DNA of 64,000 bases, from the NCBI GenBank assembly GCA_012295275.1, contig CM022665.1, positions 27,342,001-27,406,000 of the forward strand, in the 5' to 3' direction. Source of the stretch: Chrysomallon squamiferum. Its lineage: Eukaryota > Animalia > Mollusca. The notes beneath the pieces are model-generated. The model saw only the letters and a list, made by a program, of their open reading frames with translations, did no database searches and was not told the origin of the DNA. Below are positions 27,215-40,420 of the stretch, piece after piece; position 1 is the stretch's first letter; every line of letters starts with the position of its first letter. Both the position numbers and the translations under genes were made by a program.

Positions 27215-27789
27215 GTTGTAATTTATATCATTTTATTACCTAGAGATAAAATTACCACTGAAAAATAAGAAGACTGAAGCTGTATTCATTGCCTCAAAAT
27301 ACTTAAGCTAGAATAACTGAACTTGAATAAATACACTCTAAAAATAGTTCACAGATTTTTATACAGCTAAACAATTTCAGCTGAAGAGGAAGACATCACT
27401 AATTTTTGTATCAAAACCTATGATTTTACTTTAAGATTTTTTTTAAATCAAAACTACTGAAGATTTTGAAAACTGATTGTAACAGCTTGGTTATAGAACT
27501 CTAGCTCATTAGCAAAATGATGAAGAAGAAGAAGAAAAGGAAAAAAATTTTTTCATCTTCTTGGTTTGAAACCTGCTTTAAAATAAAATATTTGTCAGTT
27601 TGTTCTGATAATCATATTAATTTGTAAACATTTTTTCTTCTAAACTATAATTCTGAGATCAAAATATCTTTAAATAACTCCCATGTTAATTTTGATTTCC
27701 AGTATGAGTGAAAGAAAAAAAAAAACAAGAAAGAAAACAGAAACCAATACACTACATTAACACTTTTCTGGCACTTTCCTTTCAAAGGG

Positions 27790-28095
27790 AGCATACTGCA
27801 GCTTAATAGTTGAGTACTGGCATGAAATCTGGTAGGTTGCTGGATCTATTCTCCATTTATTATAACCCTGATCATTTTATCAAAATACATAGTATATTTT
27901 TCCTGTTTCTAGGAAGGTATCTTTAAATATCCTTCCTGCTAATTAAAAACCCAGGTAATTACTATTCCAGCAGCAGGTTTCCTCTTGTTTTATTATTATT
28001 ATTATGGGGGAAAAAAATCATAAATTGACACTAATAAACATTAATATTAAAATTTGTTGAGATAACTTCCTATAAATATTCATTCACTCATTCAT
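27790..28095 (+). mobile_element. Degenerate near-full-length tRNA-derived SINE
   Basis: Decayed head gcagcttaatagttgag...ggatctattc, core cctgtttctaggaaggtatctttaaatatccttcctgctaa, cagcaggtttcctc motif, and (cattc)-type simple-repeat tail. Confidence 0.55.
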
Positions 28096-31000
28096 TTATT
28101 TCAGCTTTCAGAAACAGATATCCTGAATCATTTTAAATCACTTTGCTGTATGTCATTAGAGCCAGAACTCCCAGTCTGACACTTGAGTTATTTAGATTAG
28201 TTAAAGCTTCAACTCAAATCCCTGACCAGAATTAGTAACAATTCTGCTACTTATTTTTATCAAGTAAGGCTTATAAATGTTTTAGCTTCTGGTGACAAGA
28301 GACTTCTGTTGCACATTATTCATGACATACCATTAGACCCGATGGATACATTAAATACACATGCATTACACATAATAAAAATATGTGATAAATGTAACAG
28401 TATTTCAGTTTCTCATCTTCATTATAATTTTTCTATTAATTCATGGTTAAGAATTATTATTATTATTATTATTATTATTATTGTTATTATTATTATTCTG
28501 TAAAGGGTTAACTTAGAATCCCAGTTGGGTGTGAAACTTTTCACTCCATGGTGATATAAAAGAATGGAATCAGTCTTTTGGAAAACAGCTGAAATAGTTT
28601 TTTCATGTACAATTGATCTCTAATTGCATCAGGATCTTTTTTGTTGCATCAGAAATTTTCCCCTTTTGGTATCAGTGAAAGAAATTATTCCACCCACTGA
28701 CCAGGTAAATGATTGATATACCTTGTATAATTTATTTATAGTGTCATAAGACAAAACAAAACAGACATGAAAAGAATAATTTACATGTGTCATTTAACAC
28801 TTTGTTTTTATCCCGTAGTTTATGATTATTTGTATTAGGTTAATTAAATAAAATGCTCATCTGGAAGAATTATTTGAAGATATTTTTTTCTGCATTGATA
28901 GATATTACCATAAAAACATAAATTCGAAAAACATAAAATGAGAGAGATAAACAGTAATAAATACATAATAAAAATCAACAAAAACAAACAGCTCTGGAGA
29001 TAATGTAATTAAAGCTTTCATGCTTTCTGTGATATGTTTTTGCAATTTGGGTTAAATAAACATCAAAGATCAAGATTAAATGCAGAATACTTGAAATATT
29101 GACAGATTAGACTGGGTAAATATCATTGGCAGAAGTTTCTAATTAAACTAGAATCATTCAGAATGCAAAAACATTCAAAAATTTGTAAATATACTTTTCT
29201 TTTTTTTTTCTTTACTGAAAAGATAACAAAATGTAACTTTGGTAACTCTTGTTTAAAAAAAATGTAATTGGAAAAGCAGAAAGTCTGAATGTTTTAAGAA
29301 ATGTTATTTCAACTTCATCAAAATGTTATTTCTGCCTTCAGCAAAAATCTATCACTTTATTTTTGTCAATATGGACTATATTACAGTTTACAGATTAATA
29401 TAGCTTTCTTTATTAATTCTTTATGTAATATGAAACACCACTGTTTGCCTTCAGCTGTTTTATTGGAAAAACATCAATCACACTGATAAATTCTTTTTTT
29501 TTCTTTTTCTTTCTATCATGATCTTCATTTTTCCAGAAAGCAAGATGTGATATGATTTATGTGGGACATTCAGAACTAATCCATTAATTAAACTCATTTT
29601 TGTTAGTCACATCATCAGCTGCATGATATATTTGTAAATCATTACGTATTATTACACACCTCTCTATGATGGTGTCTTTTATATGTCCATGAGTACCATT
29701 ATGTAATGCATATCACACAACAAGAGTCCATCTTGCCCTGTTGTGAATGGAGCTGCCGGATGAAGTAATGAAAGCATATTACGAGTAATATTGGCACTGC
29801 ATTATGACAAAGTGGAGGATATTTTCCTCAAGCCTCAAATCATCCTTGAAATTGCATGGACTTCATTAGGATGGTTTCTGCTTTTAAAATCACTGCTGAA
29901 AGTGTTTGGGGATGGATGGCTTGAGGAAAATGCAATAAGCGATGGGCGGCAATGCTGTATTCAAAGTGAGGACTGTTACTGCCATGTTTGACAAGATCTT
30001 CTGGCAAACACATTTTATGGATGAGTTGTTGTACTCCAATCTCGTGTTGGGAAGAAGCCGACCTTGTTAACCCACAAAGATCCTTAGCACAATTTAGTTA
30101 AATGATTTTTTTTCTTCTTATTAAGTTAGAAACAATCATCTTTGTGAACCGGTAACCAGACAAAAGTAAAAGGTATAACAGTTCCCTGGATGTCACTGCA
30201 AATGTTTTGTACATTAAAATTTGAAAAGTTTTTCAACTAATGAAAACCAGCATGGTCATCTCACAGCTGTACACTGCACCAAGTTCACTTGTATCACTAT
30301 TCCTTGTTATCATCCCTCTCTCTACCTTTTGGTGCACACATCTGTAGAAGCCTCAGTTTTTACAAATGTTTAAAGAATTGCTAGCTGGCAGCACTGATAA
30401 AAAACACATTTCAACAATGATAACACAAATCCTCAACGTAGCAACTTACATTCCAAGTATTTCAAAACATTCGCTAGATAATTCAAAAGACTGTGAAGAA
30501 GAAATTGTTCACAAATGTTTTTATTTTTTCCTAATTATGTCATAACATCCTTTTGAGTTGTTGTCTTCAGATTGTTTGCAAAACAACAGATGGCTTTGTG
30601 TTTCTAATGCATTTTATAGAGATGTTTGTTCATTTTTATGTATTTGTATACATACTTTGTTATCTGTGTAGTCTATGTATATGCATAAATGTATGCATGC
30701 ATGTATGTATGTAATATGCACATGTTAACACCCGGTGTTTATGAGTATGAATGTTATTTTAATGTTGGTCTGATGTGCTAATTACAAAAGAGTGTGTGTG
30801 TGTATTTGCATTAAAACAGAAGAATTTTCACATTGAGAATTTAAATGTAAATGCATTTAGTCTTTATAATGTACTAAAGTTAACACTGTCATGATAGTAG
30901 TACTAACAATTATGAGATTTAACATAAGGCAGTATTTTTTTTTTTTTTCACAATGAAACAACAGCAAAAATATAGATTTTAGTATTTATCAGGATCCAGG

Positions 31001-33761
31001 ATATCAGAACCAGTACCCATTATGCTTATCCCACACAATCAAGGCCACATAGTGGTATTCACACAAGTTCATTAACCCATGTTTAACAGACAAAACCATA
31101 AACTGGACAAACTTGAGTGTGAACCCTTTTGTGAGTTAGTGATGGTCAATGGGAGGTTTTGTGTCTCACCTTTTAGCTGTGAGAAATTCATCAGTCTGTG
31201 TTTGTTTCTTGGCTGGATGATCCTGACAGAATTGTCTTGATGTGGATGAATGAATAAGAAAAGTTGATTACATCCCAGGGCAATTCTCTCCTTTGTATCT
31301 GCGGACACCTTTTTTCTTCTGCTGGGCTACAATTCACCTGAATGAACTTTAATCTACTTTGCTGGATCAGTTTTGGAAAATTGACTCAGTTATTTGCGGT
31401 GCTCAATTATTTGTAGTGGAGAGAAGGAAAAGAAAGAGATAAAAAGGAGATGTAAGAACAAGGGAAGCAATTTCTGTGGGGAGGCTTCCTAACCAAATAA
31501 CTGTCCCAGTGAAAGTGAAGCAAAGCAAACAGCAATAGTATGCAGGAAAAAATTCTTTAGTCCATTAATGGGTGGTAATTGGGCAGGACGAAGCAAATAA
31601 AAAGCTTGGTATTAGTGCTGCTTACTGCTGACCAATAAAGAAAACAAATACATTGATGTTTTCTTCTTTGATGTAGTTCCTCCATGCTGCTAATGAACCA
31701 GTGAATGTTTGCCACTGCTGACAAGCTGCAGATTCTGACAGCAGTGGTCGATGTTAAATGTCATTGGCATATTTCTCTTTACAGATATTTATTTTTACAC
31801 CATTTGTGGAAAGCATATTCAGTCAAACTAAACTGTGTACTGGTCAATAAATTAATTAGTGGAAGTATCGTGTGGAAATAATACAAAAAATTTAAAGATA
31901 ATTTGACCTTTTTCTTTCTCTGTATTTTGTTTTTTATTGTTATATGTATATTTAATTTATTTTTTTTTTTTATGTTTCATGTTGTATTCAAAGTATTAGT
32001 ATGGTATTAAATATCAGATACCTTATTTTCCTCTCTTCTATTCATCCTTTTTTCACTTTTTTTCCTTTTTAATGCAGACTGTTGTATTTCTATGGCTAGA
32101 ATTTAATTTCCTGAATCTGACGAAAGGAAATGTAGATAATAGATTTAGTTAATAGGGTATTGATTAGCATTCTTTTTATTGGATCAAACTCAAGGTAATA
32201 GGTGCTGTGGGATTTTTTTTTTTTTTTATCTCTTTCTTTAGTTATGCTGTATTTGTCTGTGTCAGTAAGCATTCCATAGAGACATGGAAATTAAATTCTC
32301 ACACTTTTCTAATGAAGATTTTTAAACACTGAGTATAAATACATTTTTAATAAGAATTTGAAGAGTTAATTTACTTGTATTTGTTTTTGTTGAGTTTTTT
32401 TTTGTTGTTTTTTTTAGACTTATTGAAAATTCTGTCATTATTTATGGCTAAAACATCTTAAAATGTTCTATCATGAAACATTCATTAAGAAATAAAGAAA
32501 TGTAAATACAAATTAAACTGAAAATATTGAACTTATTTCATGTAAATATTTAGGAGAAAACTGAATGGCAGATTTAGGTTTTATTTTCAAGTTTTTCTTC
32601 AAAAAACAGACAGCAAATAACTATTATTACTAAAAAATATTTTGTTAATGTATGGTGTGTATGCATATGTACATTACTCGTGTATATGTTTATGCTTGTG
32701 TGTGTGTGTGTGTATATGTGTGAAGAGAACAAAAAAGAAAGAGAAAAATACAGAGGGCAGGAAACAAAGAGAGAGATTCAGTTTTAATGATGTAATTAGA
32801 TTCATGTTGGACTCTACACAATACACAACAGATCTGACTTTCTTGTTTTGTTAATGTTTCTTTTCTCTCTAAGACAAGCAGTGATCAATAATAATTTTTT
32901 TTTTTTATTCTCACATGCCACTGAAGTGTTTCTCTGTATGCTTCCTGCAAGAAGGTCAGTTCTGTTCCAGTGTCATTAATCAAACTGGCATCTGAAATTC
33001 AGACCTGTAGCCTCGCACATACATCCTAATGAAAACACAAAACAACATCTTCTGAGTAGCTTTGAGTGATATTGGTGTTTCCTACATCAGATCTCCATGT
33101 TAGATTTGTTTAGTCTAGAAGTCTTGCTGGATTATCCATCACCAGCAATATTTCAGATTAAATCCACAGTATTTTATCAGAAGACAAACAAGAAAATGTT
33201 TAAAAAGTCCACCTTGTTTGTTCATTTGCCATTTTCTTCTTCATTCACAATCTACGTTTATTATCTGTAGTCAAATTTTCAGTTGCTTTTTTTCTTCTGT
33301 CACAGTCTCTAAATATTTATATATACAAGTACTTAAAATTTCTCTCTTAGAATATATATTTATATAAAAAATTTCAACAATTTTATGAAGATATGTTGAA
33401 GAACAAACAAGTTTGTGTTAACAAATACTAATATACTGTTAGGTTGTTGCATCACTGTCAAGTCTGTGTAGAATATTTGATGTTTATCTTTTACCATATC
33501 TTTGCCTTCATACTGATATTTAATATCTTACATGGTTTAAGGATTCATGTGGGTGATTTGTTTTTCAAACATTATTTGGAAATAGCAGAACTTTTCTTCT
33601 TTTTTTTCTTTTTTTTGTTGCATTCTTTTGTATTATAGTTTTTAACAGAAATATTTTTGGAATATATTTTTGACATTTAGATTACTTATTGAATTGTTTT
33701 TTTTTCTTTTTTTTTTTGTCACTGGAATTTATTTGGTATTTACTTATTTATTTATTATAAA

Positions 33762-33810
<49 letters not shown>

Positions 33811-35687
33811 TTTTCCTTTTTTATATATAAATATAGTTTTCATATAACTATTTTACCTAAATTCATTTAGAATTAGTTATATTATTTTTATTTAAAGCCA
33901 AACCACTAATAATTTCAGATAATAAAATAAACATAAAAATGTTAAAATCATATTTCTCCTGTTCATGCAATCAATCACCAATCAACCATCATTAATTAAA
34001 TAAATCAAACTTTTTACAAACTCATCATTTATGTAGTTTACAACACCATTAAAGATTTAATTTTCAGTAAACTGTCAAATATCCTTGAGCACTGGGCATA
34101 ATTTTTTTTTTCTTTTTTTTAACTTTTTTTTAACAATAAAAAAAAAAGAAAAAAAAGAAATCTGCCACATTTATAATTTTTTTGTGTGTCTGTGACAGGC
34201 ACATTACTTTTTAAACCAAAAATAAAGTACTGAATGGCAACACTTCAGCTCTAAGTCAACATGTCTTCGGTTCTGGTTTCACAGTTAATGGATTTTCTGC
34301 CATATCCCTTGTGTGTTGCAAAGGAGTGATACAGCATATGAACATTACAAGGCTCACAGAACAACAATTGGGACTTGGAATCGTTTGAGACTGTGTAAAC
34401 ACGGATGCAGGGTTTACAGACAATATTTTTCTACTGAGTCCTATTGCAACTTTCATGTATTCCTGTCATTAAACTTGAAAGATCATTAGTCACAAACATC
34501 CTTTCTTGAGCTGGCCATGTGCAAACTTAATATCACGTTGCTTTCGTCTTTAATGCTTAAGGCAAATAATCTATTGTTTCATTATATTGGTTCTCAGATT
34601 AGATTATTAAATATGATGACTGTGATTCCTTTTTGAAATACTGACTCCCTGATTAATTTTCTCCATCACTGATATCATTTTATATAGATCGTTTGTATTG
34701 CTGTCAGTCAGGAAACCAGACACTATTATTTGGAAACAAAGAGTCTGAGAAATACAAAAATAATACTGGCTAGACAGGGTGATGAGAACACAAAATCTAC
34801 ATTGGCTGGAATAAATGATTCACAAAGTGCTGACAGTGCCAGGATCAAATCTTGTTAGAGGTTTTGACCTTCTCTATTGTCTTCCTGTTATTGTTGTCAG
34901 AGATGTATCTGAAGAATTTCTTTTGATTTGTTTTATATTAGTTATTGACGTTTTTATATTAGTTATTCGTTGTTTTTTGGTGTGTTTTTTTTAATTTATT
35001 TTTTTTTTTTTTTTTTTTTTTTTTTATCAATTAAATTTCCTAAATGTTTCTTTTCTTTGTTTACATGTCACTGCATTTTTTCTTCATTAGTTAATTTTAG
35101 AAAAAAGAGTAAAACAAATTGTTAAAAATTGATTTCTTATATAAATCATGCCCAAGTTTGGAAACAGTTGTATTTTTTTATAAATCTGGACTGATTGTAA
35201 AATCTTCATCAGTACAGTAATTTGAAAAAGGGTTTGGTGTCATCATAGAAAAGATATGTTTATTTGAAAGAAGTAATGAATGTTCTATGAGACGAATATT
35301 AAAAGAAGATTTACAGATGACAGATGGTTTGAAATGGGGCCATATAAAACTATAACGATAAAAATAAATTAATAAAACCAGTTAGCATTACAACAGAAGT
35401 TGTTTTATATTATGTATCCAAAATGCTACTACTTCTAATAATAATAATAATAATGAAACAAAAAAAATCTGAGTTAAAGAGAATCATACCCATTCATCTC
35501 TTCATTTTCCTTTCCATTTTTTCAAAACCATTCATTCTGTTTTTTTCTTCACCTTTATTAATTTTTTTTTGTAACTAAGTTTGATTGAGAGACTCACTTC
35601 ACAACTGTTACACATTGCAGTGTTCTTACTGTATATTAAAAAATAAATAAATACTGAAAGGTTATTTTATGTTTTTTTGTGTTGCAG

Positions 35688-35844
35688 GTGTCGAGTGGCT
35701 TGATAGAACGAGTGTCTCATGCCCAAGCCAATTTCTACAAGGAAATGGAGCTAGCTCCACGTGTTTCTCCAGAATTTGAACTGACACTTGACAATACACC
35801 AGTCATCCAGGCCATTGAAACCATGAATTTCTTTCAGATGAAAG
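35688..35844 (+). CDS. TRIM9: TRIM9-like coding exon, COS-box region (VSSGLIERVSHAQANFYKEMELAPRVSPEFELTLDNTPVIQAIETMNFFQMK+G), phase 0-1, 157 nt
   Basis: Acceptor tttttttgtgttgcag| and donor AAG|gtaaat. The APRVSPxxxLTLD...AIxxxNFxQMK motif matches recalled Trim9. Not present in the ORF track. Confidence 0.94.
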
Positions 35845-38800
35845 GTAAATAAACTTTAACAGTCTAAGCATGGTAAAGGCAATTTACATTTTTCTTCTTT
35901 TCTTTTTTTTAGATGACTGGATAAATTGATTCCTCACCATTTTGAAACATGTTACAAAAGACTGGTACATAATTATTATGAGTCTATGTGTGTTTCAGGG
36001 GTTATTTATTTAATATATTGTCATACCAATTTTGGGGTTTTGTAGAAGTGTTTTTTAAATGTTACTTTTTTAAAGATGGAAGTACAGAGATTTATGAGTG
36101 TGCTTTTGGTGTGCTATAATAAGGTTTTCAGAAAATATTAAAGAAAATCATCATTTGCAAAAGTTCATTATCTTCATTATTTTAATTTTTCATAACTTAG
36201 CCAAATGCAGTAAGTTAGATAAAAAGAAATGAAGAGCTTAGAAAGTATTAACTTTCTTCCATATTGAAATAAATAAATCTAAACATATAAGTACCATTTC
36301 AATAAACACCTTTACCCTGGACCTGTAAACAGAACCTCAGTTCTGAATGGTTCTGAACTAGCAATGACTTGCATCCTGTCTAGTACTAAAGTCATCATTT
36401 GGTAGATTTACATTACTTGGAGCGGTACAAAGTGTTCCTTGCCTTCACAAGTAGGTACCAGAATACTTGAGACTGGGGTTTTTCATTAACTGTACAGCTA
36501 GTAAATTGTGTCACTGACAGGCACTGCTCACGTTGCTGGGATATTGCTAGACAACTGATACAGGTGTTGCTGTGCCAGAATTTCACCAAACTGGCTGCCT
36601 GCAGCTTCAACAGCCAGACACACTGCAATAACAAAAGCTCCAGCCAGTCTCCTGGAGCAGAGTAAATCACCTGAATGGCTAGTAAAACTACTTCTTATGG
36701 CAGCCCATTGATTGCTTTGTAAATAATTGTAGAAATTAAAAGCGCTTACAGGTTCTTGTCTTGCCATTAGTTAATGGCTTGGTTATAGTTTGGGAAATTG
36801 TTTTTGAGAGATAGGCCAGAGACAGGTTTAATAGAAGGTAATGAATTGCAAATTAAACACACTTTAATGATAATCTTTATCTCAACATACATTTCAGTAC
36901 TTAATGTATATCTATTTTTCATTAATCTATGAAGATAATTAGTGAATATAAGGTTTATCAGGACTAGCTTATTCTTTTCTTAATCTTAAAAGCTTTTTTT
37001 TTTTTTTTCTTCTTCTTAGCTTCTTTTTCTCCTTGTCCAGAGTTATTGTCCTAATGGCCTTCACGTGGCTTTATGATCATGATAATTACTTGGCTGTTAC
37101 ATCCTCATACTACATGGTCTGATAAGATCTGTAGTAAATTGCAGTCCCAGTGTGACAAGCTTTAACAGTTGTCTGATACAGGTTGCAGCAGTTTGTGTGT
37201 TAATATGGGCCACAAGAGAACACTTATTCTAGAAATAGTCTGCTCATTCAACAAGGGACAGAGTTTCTGTCTTATATAGCTTTTCTATCAGCTCACTGAG
37301 TTATCATACTAATTATTCCATGATCAAACAAACTGTTCTCACAGATTTCACTTTTACACACTCTTTTCTCAATCACAATTTCAGTGATATTGTATGGCCC
37401 TGTTTTGTAAACAGCTTTCATTTAAAATCTTTAATATTTTCTTTACTGTATTACTTTTACAGTGAACTTACATAGCATTGTTGTGTGACTGATTTTCATT
37501 TAAAAAAATAAAAAATGTATTCCCTTTTCTACATCACATCTTTGATAACCCTGTATGATGTGGTTGGATAACCTTAATAACCCTAACTGATATGGTTGGA
37601 TTATATTTCCCAACTAATAACTTTTTAATTTTATTTTCTTTCTGTATCACTTTTCTATCTCACTTCTACAGTGACACTATAGGATACTTTTTATGCTTGG
37701 TTTTCCATTTAACATCTTTTACATATTTACATTTACTTTGCTACTTCTGTGATGAACTTGTATAGCAAACTTATGTTTTTAGTTTTCATTTCCAAATTTT
37801 TTTACATATTTCAGTTTCTCAAAGACTTCTGTAATGACCTTATAGCATACCACTTTGTGTTTGGTATTCTTTCCCAAATTTTATTTCTTTTTCTTTTTGT
37901 TCATTTGCTGCAATGCCTACTTGTAAATGTCGACATAAAAATGGTATGATCTTATGCAGCACCTTTGATTCTTGGGTTCTAACTCTGGTTCATCTTTCAG
38001 TGTGTGTCACTAAATGATTAATAACAAGCCTTGAACATTCCACCAATCAGTGTAAATTTCGGAAGCTCCTCACTAATTTTCTGTTTGTGAATGAAGCTCT
38101 ATCCATTTTGACACTTACTGCTAGAAATGCCAATAATTGTTGTCAGTTTGCCAAACTGCAGAGAATTTGTGTTGTCTTGAACTTTGCATACCTTTTATCT
38201 CTTCTTGGTAACCAACAAATTAACTACCTCATTTTACTATGCAGTTTCGAGTCCTTACAAAATTGGCTGTAGAAATATTTGCATACTTCAGCTATAAAAA
38301 TATTTGCATACTTGGCTTTGAAAATCATTTGGTGTGAATCGTGAAATGGTTATAATTATAATGTTTGTCCTTTTTTTTTTTCTCTGTTGAGATTGTAATT
38401 TCTTAATTCTCAAATGCAACTGGTTGGAAGGAAATAAATCAATTCTGATGAAAGTTAGTTGTCAGTGTTCCGTCTTTGCCTGACAAAAGTGTTTGTTATG
38501 TTTCATTGTGACATTTCAGTTGACTCGATCAGAAATGGAATAAAATTATATTGATAAAAATATTATGGTGATTACACACACCATTATCTAAATGATGGTT
38601 GTCCTCAGATAGCATCATAAATTTTAAAATTGCAAGACTGATGAATAAAGGAAATCCATAGCAAAAAATTAAAAAAAATTAAATCACTGAAAAATAAATA
38701 AAAATCATGACTGATTTTTCTAGTGTTGGTTCCTTTTTTTTTCTTAGCAACTTTCATTTCATCAAAAGTTGTTATAAATGAAAATTTATATATATTTATT

Positions 38801-40233
38801 TATTTCTATTTTTTTTTTAAATCTGATTAGAAAAAAAAATAAAAAATCAGTTTGGTAAAATGTTGGAATTTTCTGACCATTTGGATTTGATCTTGGAGAT
38901 AATTTGTGTGTCAGAGAGGGTGAAAAAGTGTTGCATAAAAATGAAAAAAAATCCAAAAAATCTAGTGATATTCACAGCAAATGAATTTGTGTGTATTTGC
39001 ATGATCCAATTTGCTGTTGGAGTAGAATCATGTTATCAAGTGATAATCAGAACTCTCTCTCTGTAATCCTCTCATGTGAGATTCTCCAGTGTGCTGTCAA
39101 CAGACTTCTAATTTATTTAAACACTCGGATGTAATAATCTGCTGTCTGATCAGAATGAATTTATTAATTGTTGTTACATTTCCGTACTGAATGGTGTAAG
39201 AAATTTGGTGTTAAATAACATGTCAGAGATAATGCTGAATTCCACAGTTATATATATATTTTTTAAAACTTATTTTAATAAAATATTGATGAAAAAAAGT
39301 AAAATTGTTAATCTTGGTACTTGTCAAAATAATAATAATAAAAAATATATATATATTTTATGGTAAGAAATTTTTCTAGAAATTTAATCAAGAAAAGGTG
39401 TCAGCTTTCTAGTTATTAATGTTACTTTCATATTTAGATAGAAGTGTTTTTTTTTTTTAAAACATTTTTTTCCCCCCTAACTTGTAGCAAATCTAAAGGA
39501 AATAAAATCAGTCTGTGATTATTAATATCGACTTCGAAATTGACTTTTGAAATGTTTTTCTCTTAAACAAAATAAAACATCTTTTGGTGATATTAAAGAT
39601 TTAGTTTATTTGTTATTCTTGACATTATACTCATCTATAGTTATTTATCTTGTGTGAATGATATTTATTTTAAAAGTACATCAGCAGCAGTAAAGGTTAC
39701 AACATGTCAGATATTTGATTATTTTTATAATGATGAACTCTAAAAGGGAGAAAAGTAGATACTTCTCTTCCAACAGGTTATTCCACGATATCTTTTTACG
39801 TTTTAACAGATATGAAGGCAGAAACTGTGGCTTTCGATAACCAGTTAAAAAAACACTGGGTTGAACTGGAAACAGTTCAGTGATGTGACCAACAGTTGAA
39901 AATATCTTGATGAAATTAAAATCAGTATTTGAGATACATGAGGTACCCAGATACGTCACAGATATATCAGTTTTGATTTGGTAACAGTAAAAGGATATCA
40001 TATCGTGACATTTCTGTAAACTAAGTGTCACTGGCTTACATTCATGTGTTACACATGATTTCTCTCTGCATCTAACAGATACATCTACATTAGCATTCAC
40101 AGAGAACCACAGCATTACAAACAGATGAAAATTCTGATTTTTAATTATCTTCATATATTACAGTTAACCATCATACACTACTGGAATTAAGCAGTCAGCT
40201 ACTGTTTTTTTTTTCATAACTAATGAATCTGAG

Positions 40234-40420
40234 GCTTGATATGTTGAAGGATAAATCATCTTGTTATGTCCATTGAGCTGTTTTCCCATTCCAGCCACTT
40301 CCTGTTAATGGAAAGTTCATTTAAAATATCCTTTGTTATTAAGAGGAGCCTGTGGAGCCTGTGGAGCCTGTGATATTAAATTTTCTTTCTTGTATGATTA
40401 TTGTATACTATAACAAAAAC
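40234..40420 (+). mobile_element. Degenerate SINE copy with internal deletion
   Basis: ccattgagctgttttcccattccagcca followed by catttaaaatatcctttgttatt, both shared with other copies in the window. Confidence 0.5.

Noticed and set aside
36413-36767. Two overlapping minus-strand ORFs in a GC-richer block
   Set aside because: No recognisable similarity or splice structure; treated as one of the non-coding blocks.
39681-40154. Longest ORF in the track (157 aa, minus strand), a possible nested gene
   Set aside because: No recognisable domain, composition typical of AT-rich non-coding DNA, and no supporting exon chain on the minus strand.
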